From Verrucomicrobiota bacterium (GTDB lineage Bacteria > Verrucomicrobiota > Verrucomicrobiia > Limisphaerales > CANJXF01): a DNA stretch of 16,066 bases. Below the pieces are notes generated by a model, which was given only the letters and a program-made list of their open reading frames with translations, did not search any database and was not told the DNA's origin. Both the position numbers and the translations under genes were made by a program. The stretch is taken from the NCBI GenBank assembly GCA_038214755.1, contig JBBQRQ010000113.1, positions 1 through 16,066 of the forward strand. Direction: 5' to 3'. Each line of letters begins with the position of its first letter. Position 1 is the first letter of the stretch. Shown piece by piece: positions 1 through 8,519 of this stretch.

Positions 1-27
1 CAAACCGGCGCTCCATCACGGGAAAAA

Positions 28-1434
28 CTATTCTTCAGAGACTGCAATCATATCGAACGTGACGCTTCGCCCGTTCCGGCCAACGCTTTTCACCAACGCC
101 TTGGATGCGGCTGGCGCGCGTTTTGGATCGTAAAATTGTGGACGAATTTTGTTCAGGCTGTCGCTGGCCGCCGCGTCTGAAACGTAATACGTCGCTTTCG
201 CCAGCGCGTTGAAATCACTGCCCGCTTGCATCACTACCCGTTTCAATAAATCGAAAATTTCGGTCACTTGTTTTGGCGCGTTTCCTGGCGTGTCTCCGTA
301 AAGGCCGGAAATATAAATGAGTTTTCCAAAATTCACTCGCGCCACTTTGCTGTAAACATTCGATGGTTGGAAACCCGGCGGCGTGAGGTAACTGACCGAT
401 TCTTTCGTGCCACGATTTTCCGGCGCGGCAACGATCATCTCAATTTCAATGGGAACCGATGGGCTGATCCAATCGACGAAAACGAGCGGCGGAACTTTTT
501 CTCCATGAAAAAATTTGGCGATCTGTTTTCGCGCAATCTCCACTTCCGCCATTGGCTGAATGAACGACTTGATCTGAATGACATCCGATTTTTTTAAGCC
601 AAGAAAAGTTAAAGTGTCTTGCAAACTTCCCAAAGTTTTCGTGGTCGCTTCAGCCAGGTTGCCGGGCTTGGCCTGTCCTGAAATGTAAACGACACCACCT
701 TTTGGCAGAATGCTGACATGCGCAAAGGACGACTCGCCACCGAGGGAAGGGATGTGAAAGCGTGATTTCGTTTTGTCATATTTTTTACATATCGCCACGG
801 CATCCATCGCCACGAGCGCATCAGGGTTCGGCAAGGTTCCAATCACAAAACTGACGGCCGGTTTGTTTTTGCCTTTGAATTTCTTGGCAAATTGTTTTTG
901 CACTCGCGAAACAAGATCAGCGTGAGTGGCGTAAACATTTATTTTCACGATGCTCTGCAAGTCAGAATTCGCCGCCCGTAACGCGAGCGATAAATTCTCG
1001 ATCGTCCAAGAAATTTGTTTCTCGGAATCTTTCCCGACGACTTGTCCTTTCTCATCCAGCGGCATCAATTGCGCGGTGTGCGCCAGGGCGGAACCGTCCG
1101 TCACGACGGCCAGCGAAGTGCCGCTGGCGGAGTCGGACTCAATAAATTTCGGCGCGGCTTGCGCACTGAAGATGGATGCAGCCAAAAGTAACGAGACGCA
1201 AAGTAGCGCAGTGCGTCTCGCCTGCGCCGGGAGAAAAGTAACGAAGCGGCCTGCGCAGGCGGGACGCGCTGCGCTACGTTGGCCATCTTCGACCCACTTG
1301 GTGGCTGCTCGGGTTCGTGCGATGCCATGCCGGTTGAAAACCGGCGATACGGCAGGATGCAATCCTGCGCTACGAGAGGCACTTCCAGAATGCGCCCACC
1401 GTAACGAAGCCGCAAAAAAGAAGATTGTTTTCAT
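28..1434 (-). CDS. Secreted RidA/YjgF-family protein with three tandem RidA-like domains; N-terminus interrupted by a 71-codon in-frame insertion
   Basis: Three YjgF-like repeats (IVKINVY..PAVSFV..LVAMDAVA; VYISGQ..VIQIKSF..IEIEMIVA; IYISGL..KATYYV..VTFDMIAV). Hydrophobic signal segment ending AQA|A; mature protein starts near nt 1155. Confidence 0.8.
   Translation of the reverse strand: MKTIFFFAASLRWAHSGSASRSAGLHPAVSPVFNRHGIARTRAATKWVEDGQRSAARPACAGRFVTFLPAQARRTALLCVSLLLAASIFSAQAAPKFIESDSASGTSLAVVTDGSALAHTAQLMPLDEKGQVVGKDSEKQISWTIENLSLALRAANSDLQSIVKINVYATHADLVSRVQKQFAKKFKGKNKPAVSFVIGTLPNPDALVAMDAVAICKKYDKTKSRFHIPSLGGESSFAHVSILPKGGVVYISGQAKPGNLAEATTKTLGSLQDTLTFLGLKKSDVIQIKSFIQPMAEVEIARKQIAKFFHGEKVPPLVFVDWISPSVPIEIEMIVAAPENRGTKESVSYLTPPGFQPSNVYSKVARVNFGKLIYISGLYGDTPGNAPKQVTEIFDLLKRVVMQAGSDFNALAKATYYVSDAAASDSLNKIRPQFYDPKRAPAASKALVKSVGRNGRSVTFDMIAVSEE
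1203..1277. repeat. REPIN-like inverted pair of GTAG-type REP palindromes inside the coding frame
   Basis: 1203-1227 GTAGCGCAGTGCGTCTCGCCTGCGC matches the reverse complement of 1253-1277 (GTAGCGCAGCGCGTCCCGCCTGCGC) at 23/25; 25-bp spacer. Confidence 0.8.
1329..1373 (-). repeat. GTAG-type REP-like element with two hairpins
   Basis: Minus strand reads GTAGC-GCAGGAT-TGC-ATCCTGC-CGTATC-GCCGGTT-TTC-AACCGGC. Confidence 0.75.
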
Positions 1435-1461
1435 AATTTTAAAACGTGCGTCACAAAAAAG

Positions 1462-2253
1462 TTAATGAATCGAACGGAGAAATTTCTCGAGCGCGTCGAG
1501 GTTGTCCGCGCCGATCAAATCGACGTTCGCCGCGATCAATTCACGCCAGACTTTTGGTTTATCGGGCGTCCCCCAAAACCGCAGACGGCGGCCATAGCGG
1601 TGTGCTTGATGGGAAAACTCGCGCAGCAATTCTTTCTCGTCATAAGGAATTTCTCCATCGCCTTGCCAGAGAAAATAACTTCTCCAATCCTCGCTCACGA
1701 GCGGAAACAAATCGGGTTTAATTTCCGAGCTGAGTTTGTCCAACCGCCCGTCGCAGGACGCGAGACGATTTTTTTCCCGGGTCATCATTTCAACGGGCCG
1801 ATTGCCGGTGATGATCACGGTCAGCGCGTTGGTCTCCGTTTTGTCGGAATCAAATTTCGTGAGCAGAGCGGAGTAACTCTCCAAAAGTTTTCGCAAGACG
1901 GGGTAAGTGCTTTGCGGCTCCGACTTGACGTCAATCAACAAAATTACCGAAGGCCCGTCTCGATAAACGCGAGCGCCATTTTTCAAAATTTGTGCGCGCA
2001 ACGGTTGGAGATAAAGTTTTTCCAATGTGAGTTCCGGGCGGACATTTTTCAAATCGTGCGCGACGAGCAATTGCCCGTTGGTCAAATGAATGTCCGCCTC
2101 GATGCTGCAAAACCGATGTTCGAGCGCCTCGAACAAAGGACGTTTGTGTTCGTAGTCATTGTGGGCGTGAGCGCGGAGCAGAGGCGGCGAATTGGTCTCC
2201 GCGCGGAGAAAGAAAATGCTGAGAAATAAAATGGGCAGAATTCGTTTCGTCAC
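1462..2253 (-). CDS. PI-PLC/glycerophosphodiester phosphodiesterase superfamily protein (AIM6-like), secreted
   Basis: AHAHNDY, SIEADI, LLVAHD, LLIDVK and LRFWGTPD motifs. GTG at 2253 gives a signal peptide (TKRILPILFLSIFFLRA); the upstream ORF extension runs through REP repeats. Confidence 0.8.
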   Translation of the reverse strand: MTKRILPILFLSIFFLRAETNSPPLLRAHAHNDYEHKRPLFEALEHRFCSIEADIHLTNGQLLVAHDLKNVRPELTLEKLYLQPLRAQILKNGARVYRDGPSVILLIDVKSEPQSTYPVLRKLLESYSALLTKFDSDKTETNALTVIITGNRPVEMMTREKNRLASCDGRLDKLSSEIKPDLFPLVSEDWRSYFLWQGDGEIPYDEKELLREFSHQAHRYGRRLRFWGTPDKPKVWRELIAANVDLIGADNLDALEKFLRSIH

Positions 2254-2350
2254 TCGTGAGATAAGTTGGAAAAATTGGAACGGCGTGGCAACTGGAAATG
2301 TTGTTCGGGATCGCTTGATTGAGCGCATATTCACAGTGCTCTCTGGAACT

Positions 2351-2415
2351 GGCGGCTGGAAGCCGCCCCAACCTGCACGCAAGGATGCGTGCGCTACGTA
2401 GCGCAGGCTTCCAGC
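2351..2415. repeat. Two back-to-back GTAG-type REP-like elements
   Basis: Minus 2351-2397 reads GTAGCGCACGCATCCTTGCGTGC...GGCGGCTTCCAGCCGCC (two hairpins) and directly abuts plus 2398-2415 GTAGCGCAGGCTTCCAGC. Confidence 0.7.
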
Positions 2416-2445
2416 TCTTGTCATTAGCCACAATTCGTCGCCGGC

Positions 2446-2477
2446 TTTTCAATCCCAATTCCTTTCAGGATTGAAAA
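2446..2477. repeat. Inverted repeat (hairpin) in the divergent intergenic region
   Basis: TTTTCAATCC (2446-2455) pairs with GGATTGAAAA (2468-2477); function unknown. Confidence 0.45.
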
Positions 2478-2647
2478 AAGACACGCTGAGATGTGGGTAA
2501 TGAGAAGGAGTAAACGCCGCGCTCCGTTCCGAGTCACAGCCTTCCGTCAAAATGCCCCGCTCGATTTAAATGGCTGAAAATCGATTCGCAGTCTTCCCTC
2601 AAAAACTGCGTGCGCGATCAAAAAACTTCTGTGTTAATTTCTTCAGC

Positions 2648-3184
2648 GTGAGCCAGGAAAGAAACATTCAAAATATCGCTCTCGTCGGGTTTATGGGCAC
2701 GGGGAAATCTTCGGTTGGCCGGCTCGTTTCGGAGTTGCTTCAATTTGGTTTTGCGGAAACCGACGATTTGATTGAGAAGCGCACGGGAAAATCAATCAGC
2801 CATCTTTTTGTGGAAGAAGGAGAAAAAATTTTTCGCGAGCACGAGTCGCGCGTCGTGGAGGAACTTCAGAATTTGAAACGCGTCGTCATTTCCACCGGCG
2901 GCGGTGTTGGCGCCGATGAAAAAAATCTCTCCAGCTTGAAGAAGCACGCGCTCGTCGTTTGCCTTTGGGCGTCGCCGCAAATTATTTGGAATCGCGTGCG
3001 AACCCAGACACATCGGCCTTTGCTGCAAACGGCCAACCCGCAGGAGAAAATTCGGGAATTGCTCAACGCTCGCGAGCCAGTCTATCGGCAAGCGGATGTT
3101 TTGCTGAACACCGAAGTGCGCTCGGCCAAAGAAGTCGCGCAACACGTCGCCCTCGAATTTCATCTGGCCATGCGCCGGCCATGA
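2648..3184 (+). CDS. aroK: Shikimate kinase
   Basis: Walker A GFMGTGKS, FxEEGEKIFREHE, STGGG, RPLL, REPVY. GTG start at 2648 gives the typical length; the stop overlaps the queG start (ATGA). Confidence 0.93.
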   Translation: MSQERNIQNIALVGFMGTGKSSVGRLVSELLQFGFAETDDLIEKRTGKSISHLFVEEGEKIFREHESRVVEELQNLKRVVISTGGGVGADEKNLSSLKKHALVVCLWASPQIIWNRVRTQTHRPLLQTANPQEKIRELLNAREPVYRQADVLLNTEVRSAKEVAQHVALEFHLAMRRP

Positions 3185-4251
3185 AAAAAGCCATTCAGGA
3201 GAAAGCGCGGGAATTAGGATTCGACGCGTGCCATTTCACGACGGCGAATCCGCCGGAACATTCCGCGCATTTTCAAAACTGGCTCGCGGCAGAACGCCAC
3301 GGCGAAATGTTCTATCTGGAACGCAATGCTCACAAACGGGTCGAGCCGCAACTCGTTTCGCAAAATGCGAAGACGATCATTTCTCTCGCGGTCAGTTACG
3401 GAAACAAAGACGGTTCAGAAACCGTCGAGGCGAAAAATAATTTTGGCGCCGTCGCGCGCTACGCTCGTTACGCGGATTATCACGATGTCCTCGGAGAGCG
3501 CCTGAAATTGTTGGCGGATTTCGTTAATCATTTCGATCGTGAGAAAACGAGGTCGCTTTGGTATGTGGATACCGGCCCGATGTTGGAACGTGATTTCGCG
3601 CAACGCGCCGGCGTCGGTTTTATCGGCAAGCACACCAACCTGATCAGCCGCGAATTGGGCAATTGGATTTTTCTTTCTGAAATTATCACCACGTTGGAAT
3701 TGGAGCCGGACGCTGCTGAGGAAAATCGCTGCGGTTCATGCGTTCGCTGCCTCGCCGCTTGTCCGACGAACGCGATCACCGCGCCGTTTCAACTCGATGC
3801 GCGGCGTTGCATTTCTTATTTGACGATTGAGTTGAAAGGTCCGATTCCCATCGAGTTTCGCCCGGCCATCGGCAACCGCATTTATGGCTGTGATGATTGC
3901 CTGGCCGCTTGTCCCTGGAACCGATTCGCCCAAGCGGGAAAAATGATGAAGCCCTTCGCGAAACCGGAAATGGCGTCGCCGGACTTGATCGAGTTGCTCG
4001 AATTGAGCGCAGAAAGTTTTCGCAAACGTTTTGCGGGCACGCCGATTTTGCGCGCGAAACGCCGCGGACTTTTGCGAAATGTTTGTGTCGCGTTGGGGAA
4101 TGTTGGGGACGCCTCGGCTCTGCCCGCTTTGCATCGAGCTACTTCCGACCCGGAACCATTGATCGCCGAACCTGCGCGTTGGGCGATTGAGCAAATTGAA
4201 AAAAGAAATCTTCCGGGGTGGGGCGAGACTCCGTCGAACCGTGGAAAATAA
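3181..4251 (+). CDS. queG: Epoxyqueuosine reductase
   Basis: ARELGFD, HGEMFYL, ARYA..DYH, VDTGPMLERDFA, GKHTNLI, two 4Fe-4S motifs (CGSCVRCLAACP; GCDDCLAACPWN), RNVCVALGN. Confidence 0.95.
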   Translation: MKKAIQEKARELGFDACHFTTANPPEHSAHFQNWLAAERHGEMFYLERNAHKRVEPQLVSQNAKTIISLAVSYGNKDGSETVEAKNNFGAVARYARYADYHDVLGERLKLLADFVNHFDREKTRSLWYVDTGPMLERDFAQRAGVGFIGKHTNLISRELGNWIFLSEIITTLELEPDAAEENRCGSCVRCLAACPTNAITAPFQLDARRCISYLTIELKGPIPIEFRPAIGNRIYGCDDCLAACPWNRFAQAGKMMKPFAKPEMASPDLIELLELSAESFRKRFAGTPILRAKRRGLLRNVCVALGNVGDASALPALHRATSDPEPLIAEPARWAIEQIEKRNLPGWGETPSNRGK

Positions 4252-4295
4252 ATCACGTTTCGGGATAATACGGCTCGACGGAGTCTCGCGCCACC
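4217..4295. repeat. REPIN-like inverted repeat overlapping the queG 3' end
   Basis: GGTGGGGCGAGACTCCGTCGAACCGT (4217-4242) matches the reverse complement of 4270-4295 at 24/26. Confidence 0.8.
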
Positions 4296-4329
4296 GGGCG
4301 CATCTTGACACCCACCAACCGGTTGATGT

Positions 4330-5940
4330 TTGAGCATTCGTTTTATTTCGTGCTACGATTTCGATCCAGTGAATTCAAACAACATTGTTCCGCTGACGGC
4401 CGAGGTGGACGAACTCACGCTGAAAGAGCGATTGAAAACTGCGACCGGATTCCTCGAAGCCATCGCGAACAATCGCGCCTTGCTCGCCGGAGTTTCAGAG
4501 GAGGAACGAACGCGATTGCTTCAGGCGGCGGGACAGGTTTCACGACCGGACGCGATTGACCGGCGGCGGCTGCGCAAAGCTCAACTTCAGCAGCGGGACG
4601 CGGCCCGGGTTCGACGTGACCAAAATGTTCTCAACGAAACCGGCATTCGCGTGTTGCGTAAAAAACCGGTCTTCACCACGCCGAATATTTATCCGCCGCT
4701 CGGATTCGAGCAGGAGGAAGTGAAAAACGATCCCGACTTTCGCGAAGTGGTCGAGCCGCAGAATTGTTACACCTGCAAAAAAGATTATTCGACCATTCAC
4801 CATTTTTACGACCAGCTTTGCCCCTTGTGCGCGGAACTGAATTTTCGCAAACGAACGGAGCTTGCGGATTTGCGCGGGCGTGTCGCGCTGCTCACGGGCG
4901 GTCGCGTGAAAATCGGTTATCAAGCGGGAATAAAATTATTGCGAGCCGGCGCGCAACTCATCGTCACGACGAGATTCCCGCGCGACTCCGCGTCGCGATA
5001 CGCGAAGGAACCGGACTTCGAGCAATGGAAAGATCGTTTGGAAATTTTCGGATTGGATTTGCGTCACACGCCGAGCGTGGAAGCGTTTTGCCGTCATCTG
5101 CTGGCGACGCGCTCGCGGCTGGATTTCATTATCAACAACGCCTGTCAAACCGTGCGACGTCCGCCGGATTTTTACGAACACATGATGGCTTGTGAAACTG
5201 CGTCGGTGAACGAGATGCCGGAGAACATTCGTTGCTTGCTCGGCGCGTATGAAGGATTGCGCGGCTACCACATGTTGCCCGAAGGAGGCGCGACGCCCGC
5301 CTTGCTCGAAAGGAAAATTTCCGAAGTCGCTGGGATCACTCATGGCGCGGAGATTTCACAGGCGCCGTTATTGCCCGAAGAACTCGCTGCGCAAAAAGAT
5401 TTATTTCCCGCCGGACGACTTGATCAGGATTTGCAGCAGGTCGATTTGCGCGACCGAAATTCCTGGCGGCTCATGCTGGCGGAAGTTCCGGCGGTCGAGT
5501 TGTTGGAAGTGCATCTAATCAACGCGGTCGCGCCATTTATCCTGAATGCGCGACTGAAGCCATTGATGCTGCGCACGTCCGAACGCGACAAACACATCGT
5601 GAACGTCTCCGCCGTGGAAGGACAATTTTATCGTCCGAACAAAACCACGCGGCATCCGCACACCAACATGGCCAAGGCCGCGCTCAACATGATGACGCGC
5701 ACTTCGGCGGCGGATTATCACGCGGACGGAATTCACATGAACAGCGTGGATACGGGCTGGGTGACCGACGAAGACCCGGTGCAAATCGGCGCGCGCAAGA
5801 CGCAGGAGCACCGGTTTCATCCGCCGCTAGACATAGTTGATGGAGCGGCGCGCATCGTTGATCCAATCATCGCAGGCTTCAAGACCGGCGAACATGTCTG
5901 GGGAAAATTTCTGAAAGATTATCAACCTACCGATTGGTAA
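4330..5940 (+). CDS. SDR-family oxidoreductase with N-terminal CxxC...CxxC motif (alternative start GTG 4369)
   Basis: ALLTGGRVKIG Rossmann motif, LDFIINNA, IVNVSA, TNMAKAALNM, MNSVDTGW; CYTC...CPLC upstream. Confidence 0.88.
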   Translation: MSIRFISCYDFDPVNSNNIVPLTAEVDELTLKERLKTATGFLEAIANNRALLAGVSEEERTRLLQAAGQVSRPDAIDRRRLRKAQLQQRDAARVRRDQNVLNETGIRVLRKKPVFTTPNIYPPLGFEQEEVKNDPDFREVVEPQNCYTCKKDYSTIHHFYDQLCPLCAELNFRKRTELADLRGRVALLTGGRVKIGYQAGIKLLRAGAQLIVTTRFPRDSASRYAKEPDFEQWKDRLEIFGLDLRHTPSVEAFCRHLLATRSRLDFIINNACQTVRRPPDFYEHMMACETASVNEMPENIRCLLGAYEGLRGYHMLPEGGATPALLERKISEVAGITHGAEISQAPLLPEELAAQKDLFPAGRLDQDLQQVDLRDRNSWRLMLAEVPAVELLEVHLINAVAPFILNARLKPLMLRTSERDKHIVNVSAVEGQFYRPNKTTRHPHTNMAKAALNMMTRTSAADYHADGIHMNSVDTGWVTDEDPVQIGARKTQEHRFHPPLDIVDGAARIVDPIIAGFKTGEHVWGKFLKDYQPTDW

Positions 5941-5979
5941 ACCTCGCCGAAAATTTATTCTCAGAGCGTGAGTGGGATG

Positions 5980-6053
5980 GTAGCCGCCGAGGTGAGGAGG
6001 CGGATTCCGGGGAGTATCGGCTAAGGCTTCCGCCTCGTCACCTCGGCGGCTAC
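5980..6053. repeat. REPIN-like inverted repeat between convergent genes (may also act as a terminator or stabiliser)
   Basis: GTAGCCGCCGAGGTGAGGAGGCGGA (5980-6004) matches the reverse complement of 6029-6053 at 24/25. Confidence 0.82.
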
Positions 6054-6078
6054 GGACTCTGTCATTTTCAATCTGGCT

Positions 6079-6585
6079 TTAAGGTGTGCCTGTCATTTTT
6101 TCCCGGACGAAAATCGCGTCACCGACGCAAATTTTTCCTGAACGCACCACTTGCGCGAGCACGCCCTGGCGATTCTCCTCCATCAATTCGCGCAGCCCTT
6201 GGCAGACGTCATCCATTTTCCAACAGGGCTTGCGCGCTTCGTAAACCAACAGGACCGCGTCGCCAATTTCGATTTGCTGTCCAATCAGCGAAACGAGATT
6301 CACGCCCATCGTCTCAATGTTGGAACGAACCATGCCGGGAGAAATTGTTTCCATTCCTGACGCGGCGGCGTGTTCGGAAATTTGTTCGCGCTCGATCAGA
6401 GTGATGTGGCGTTTGCTGATCTCTCCGCTGCGACTGCGACGGGCAAAGTGGCGAGGGTTGCCGATGATTCCTTTTCCCGCTTCGACTTCGATGGTGTTGA
6501 CGGATGGCATGGGTTCGTTCGATTCGAGCGAATGCAAATGAAGTGAGACGACGTGACCAGGTGAAGAAGAAAACAAATCATTCAT
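6079..6585 (-). CDS. MOSC domain protein
   Basis: VEAGKGIIGN, RHITLI, RSNIET, IGDAVL, RKPCWKM (conserved Cys), GVLAQVVRSGKICVGD. Confidence 0.88.
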   Translation of the reverse strand: MNDLFSSSPGHVVSLHLHSLESNEPMPSVNTIEVEAGKGIIGNPRHFARRSRSGEISKRHITLIEREQISEHAAASGMETISPGMVRSNIETMGVNLVSLIGQQIEIGDAVLLVYEARKPCWKMDDVCQGLRELMEENRQGVLAQVVRSGKICVGDAIFVREKMTGTP

Positions 6586-6866
6586 CTACCAAAAATTAAA
6601 TGGACAACGAAAAGTTTTACAGAAAGAAAGTGCGCTGCCTCAAAGAAGTCTCAAGCCATAAAAACTGTTACGCATGAGCGAGGGGGCGTGATTGAAACGG
6701 GCCAGCTATCGGTGAAATGCGGGCTAGAGAAAATACTGAGAGTGGTCAACGCCCACGAATCAACTCCCATGATGCTTCGTGTCAGCATCTACGGGAATTC
6801 TGTGACGAGCGCAGGTCGTTTTTTCTCGCCGACGGCGGAGTCATCCGTGTTTAAATCAACAGGGTT

Positions 6867-8264
6867 ATGCCACTGCTCATCAAGAACGGGGAAATCGTTA
6901 CCGCCAGCGAACGCTACATCGCGGATATTTTTTGCGAGGATGAAACCATCACGCGCATCGACAAAGATATTTCTCCGCCTGCCGGAACGGAAGTCATTGA
7001 CGCAACGGGCCAATATATTTTTCCAGGATTCATCGATCCGCATGTCCACATTTATCTGCCATTCATGGGGACGTTCGCCAAGGACACGCATGAAACCGCC
7101 AGCCGCGCCGCGCTCGTCGGCGGCACGACGACGTTCATCGAAATGATTTGTCCCGGTCGCGAGGAAAAACCGCTTGAAGCATTTGAACTTTGGTTGGGCA
7201 AAGCGCAGGGAAACAGCGCGTGCGATTTCACATTTCACATGGGCGTCACGCGCTACGACGACGAAGCCGAACGCGACTTCAAAGAAATCGTCAAACGCGG
7301 TGTGAGCAGTTTCAAAATTTTTCTCGCTTACAAAGGCGCGCTGGGAGTGACCGACGAAGAACTTTACAAGACTCTTTCGCTCGCAAAAAAACTGGGCGTG
7401 ATCACCACCGCGCATTGCGAGAATGCAGATTTAATTCTGGAACTGCAAAAGAGATTTCTCGCCGAAGGAAAAACCGGGCCCGAGTGGCATCACGAAAGTC
7501 GCCCGCCCGTGGTCGAAGCGGAAGGCGTGCATCACTTGATGACGTTCGCCGAGATGACCGGCGCGCACGTTTACATCGTGCATCTCAGTTGCGAGGAAGC
7601 ATTGCGCGAGGCCATGCGCGGGTCGGCGCGGGGCGTCAACGTCTGGGTCGAAACGCTCATTCAATATTTGCTCTGCGACAAAACCGACGCCGAGAAACCG
7701 AATTTTGAAGGCGCAAAATTCGTTATGTCCCCTCCCTTGCGAGACAAGAAAAATCAGGACATTCTTTGGAACGCGTTGCGCAAAGGTTTCGTCTCCACGC
7801 TCGCGACTGACCATGCGCCGTTTGATTTCGCGACGCAAAAGCAAATGGGCAAAAATGATTTCACAAAAATTCCCAACGGAATTCCGTCGCTCGAAGATCG
7901 CGTCAATCTGTTTTACACCTATGGCGTGAAGCGCGACCGCATTGATCTGCATCGCTTCGTCGATGCCGGCAGCACGCAAGCCGCGAAACTCTTCGGACTT
8001 TTTCCGCGCAAAGGAACGATTCAACCCGGCTCCGATGCCGACCTCGTGATTTACGATCCAAAATATCGCGGAAAGATTTCAGCCCGGACGCACCAGATGA
8101 ATCTCGATTACAACGCCTTTGAAGGAATGACGATTGAAGGACGTCCGCACGTCGTCACCGTTCGCGGAAAAGTCGCCGCGCGCGATGGAAAATTCGTTGG
8201 AGATAAAGCACGCGGCCAATTTCTGCAACGCGAGCCGAATCATTTTTCGGGAGGATGGAGTTAA
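6867..8264 (+). CDS. hydA: Dihydropyrimidinase (D-hydantoinase)
   Basis: PGFIDPHVH, GGTTT, SFKIFLAY (carboxylated Lys position), AHCEN, IVHLS, MSPPLR, TDHAPF, IPNG, GSDADLVI. Confidence 0.93.
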   Translation: MPLLIKNGEIVTASERYIADIFCEDETITRIDKDISPPAGTEVIDATGQYIFPGFIDPHVHIYLPFMGTFAKDTHETASRAALVGGTTTFIEMICPGREEKPLEAFELWLGKAQGNSACDFTFHMGVTRYDDEAERDFKEIVKRGVSSFKIFLAYKGALGVTDEELYKTLSLAKKLGVITTAHCENADLILELQKRFLAEGKTGPEWHHESRPPVVEAEGVHHLMTFAEMTGAHVYIVHLSCEEALREAMRGSARGVNVWVETLIQYLLCDKTDAEKPNFEGAKFVMSPPLRDKKNQDILWNALRKGFVSTLATDHAPFDFATQKQMGKNDFTKIPNGIPSLEDRVNLFYTYGVKRDRIDLHRFVDAGSTQAAKLFGLFPRKGTIQPGSDADLVIYDPKYRGKISARTHQMNLDYNAFEGMTIEGRPHVVTVRGKVAARDGKFVGDKARGQFLQREPNHFSGGWS

Positions 8265-8443
8265 TGCAAACGGTGAATTTCCTTCCGCTTGATTCTTACA
8301 AATGGCTTTTCTACCGCCTTCGCTTGTCCTGATCTTCCGACCTGGTAGCGCCCTAATTGAAATAAAACACTAACCACGCAAGAAATGGAGAATCCCGCCT
8401 AATCTAAAATCATTTCGCGCCTTCCCCAGTGGGTTGGCGGCGC

Positions 8444-8515
8444 ATTCCTGGAGTGCAAAACGATTCGTTGGAAGCGGTCGTCGTGCGGCTGTTGACCGAG
8501 CGGAAACAAACTCTG
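8444..8515 (+). pseudogene. cinA: cinA remnant, start of the C-terminal (PncC) domain
   Basis: Translates IPGVQNDSLEAVVVRLLTERKQTL, the stretch that normally precedes AxAESCTGG in CinA; similarity stops where the HNH gene ends. Confidence 0.65.
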
Positions 8516-8519
8516 AAGA

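Noticed and set aside
1465..2229. 254-aa plus-strand ORF and other long antisense ORFs (950-1465, 3736-4311, 6789-7415, 7431-8024)
   Set aside because: Shadow frames of well-supported genes, with no recognisable motifs.
2254..2433. N-terminal extension of the phosphodiesterase ORF
   Set aside because: Runs through REP palindromes; GTG 2253 gives a normal signal peptide.
2959..3180. N-terminal extension of the queG ORF
   Set aside because: Overlaps aroK; ATG 3181 gives an ATGA coupling and a typical QueG start.
4305..4333. TTGACA plus a CAACCGGTTG palindrome upstream of the SDR gene
   Set aside because: No convincing -10 element at 16-18 bp spacing.
5934..6404. 156-aa plus-strand ORF
   Set aside because: Made of a REPIN and the antisense of the MOSC gene.
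6586..6866. Possible riboswitch or sRNA upstream of hydA
   Set aside because: Only a short hairpin (GATGCT-N7-AGCATC); I recognise no riboswitch consensus. An Rfam scan would settle it.
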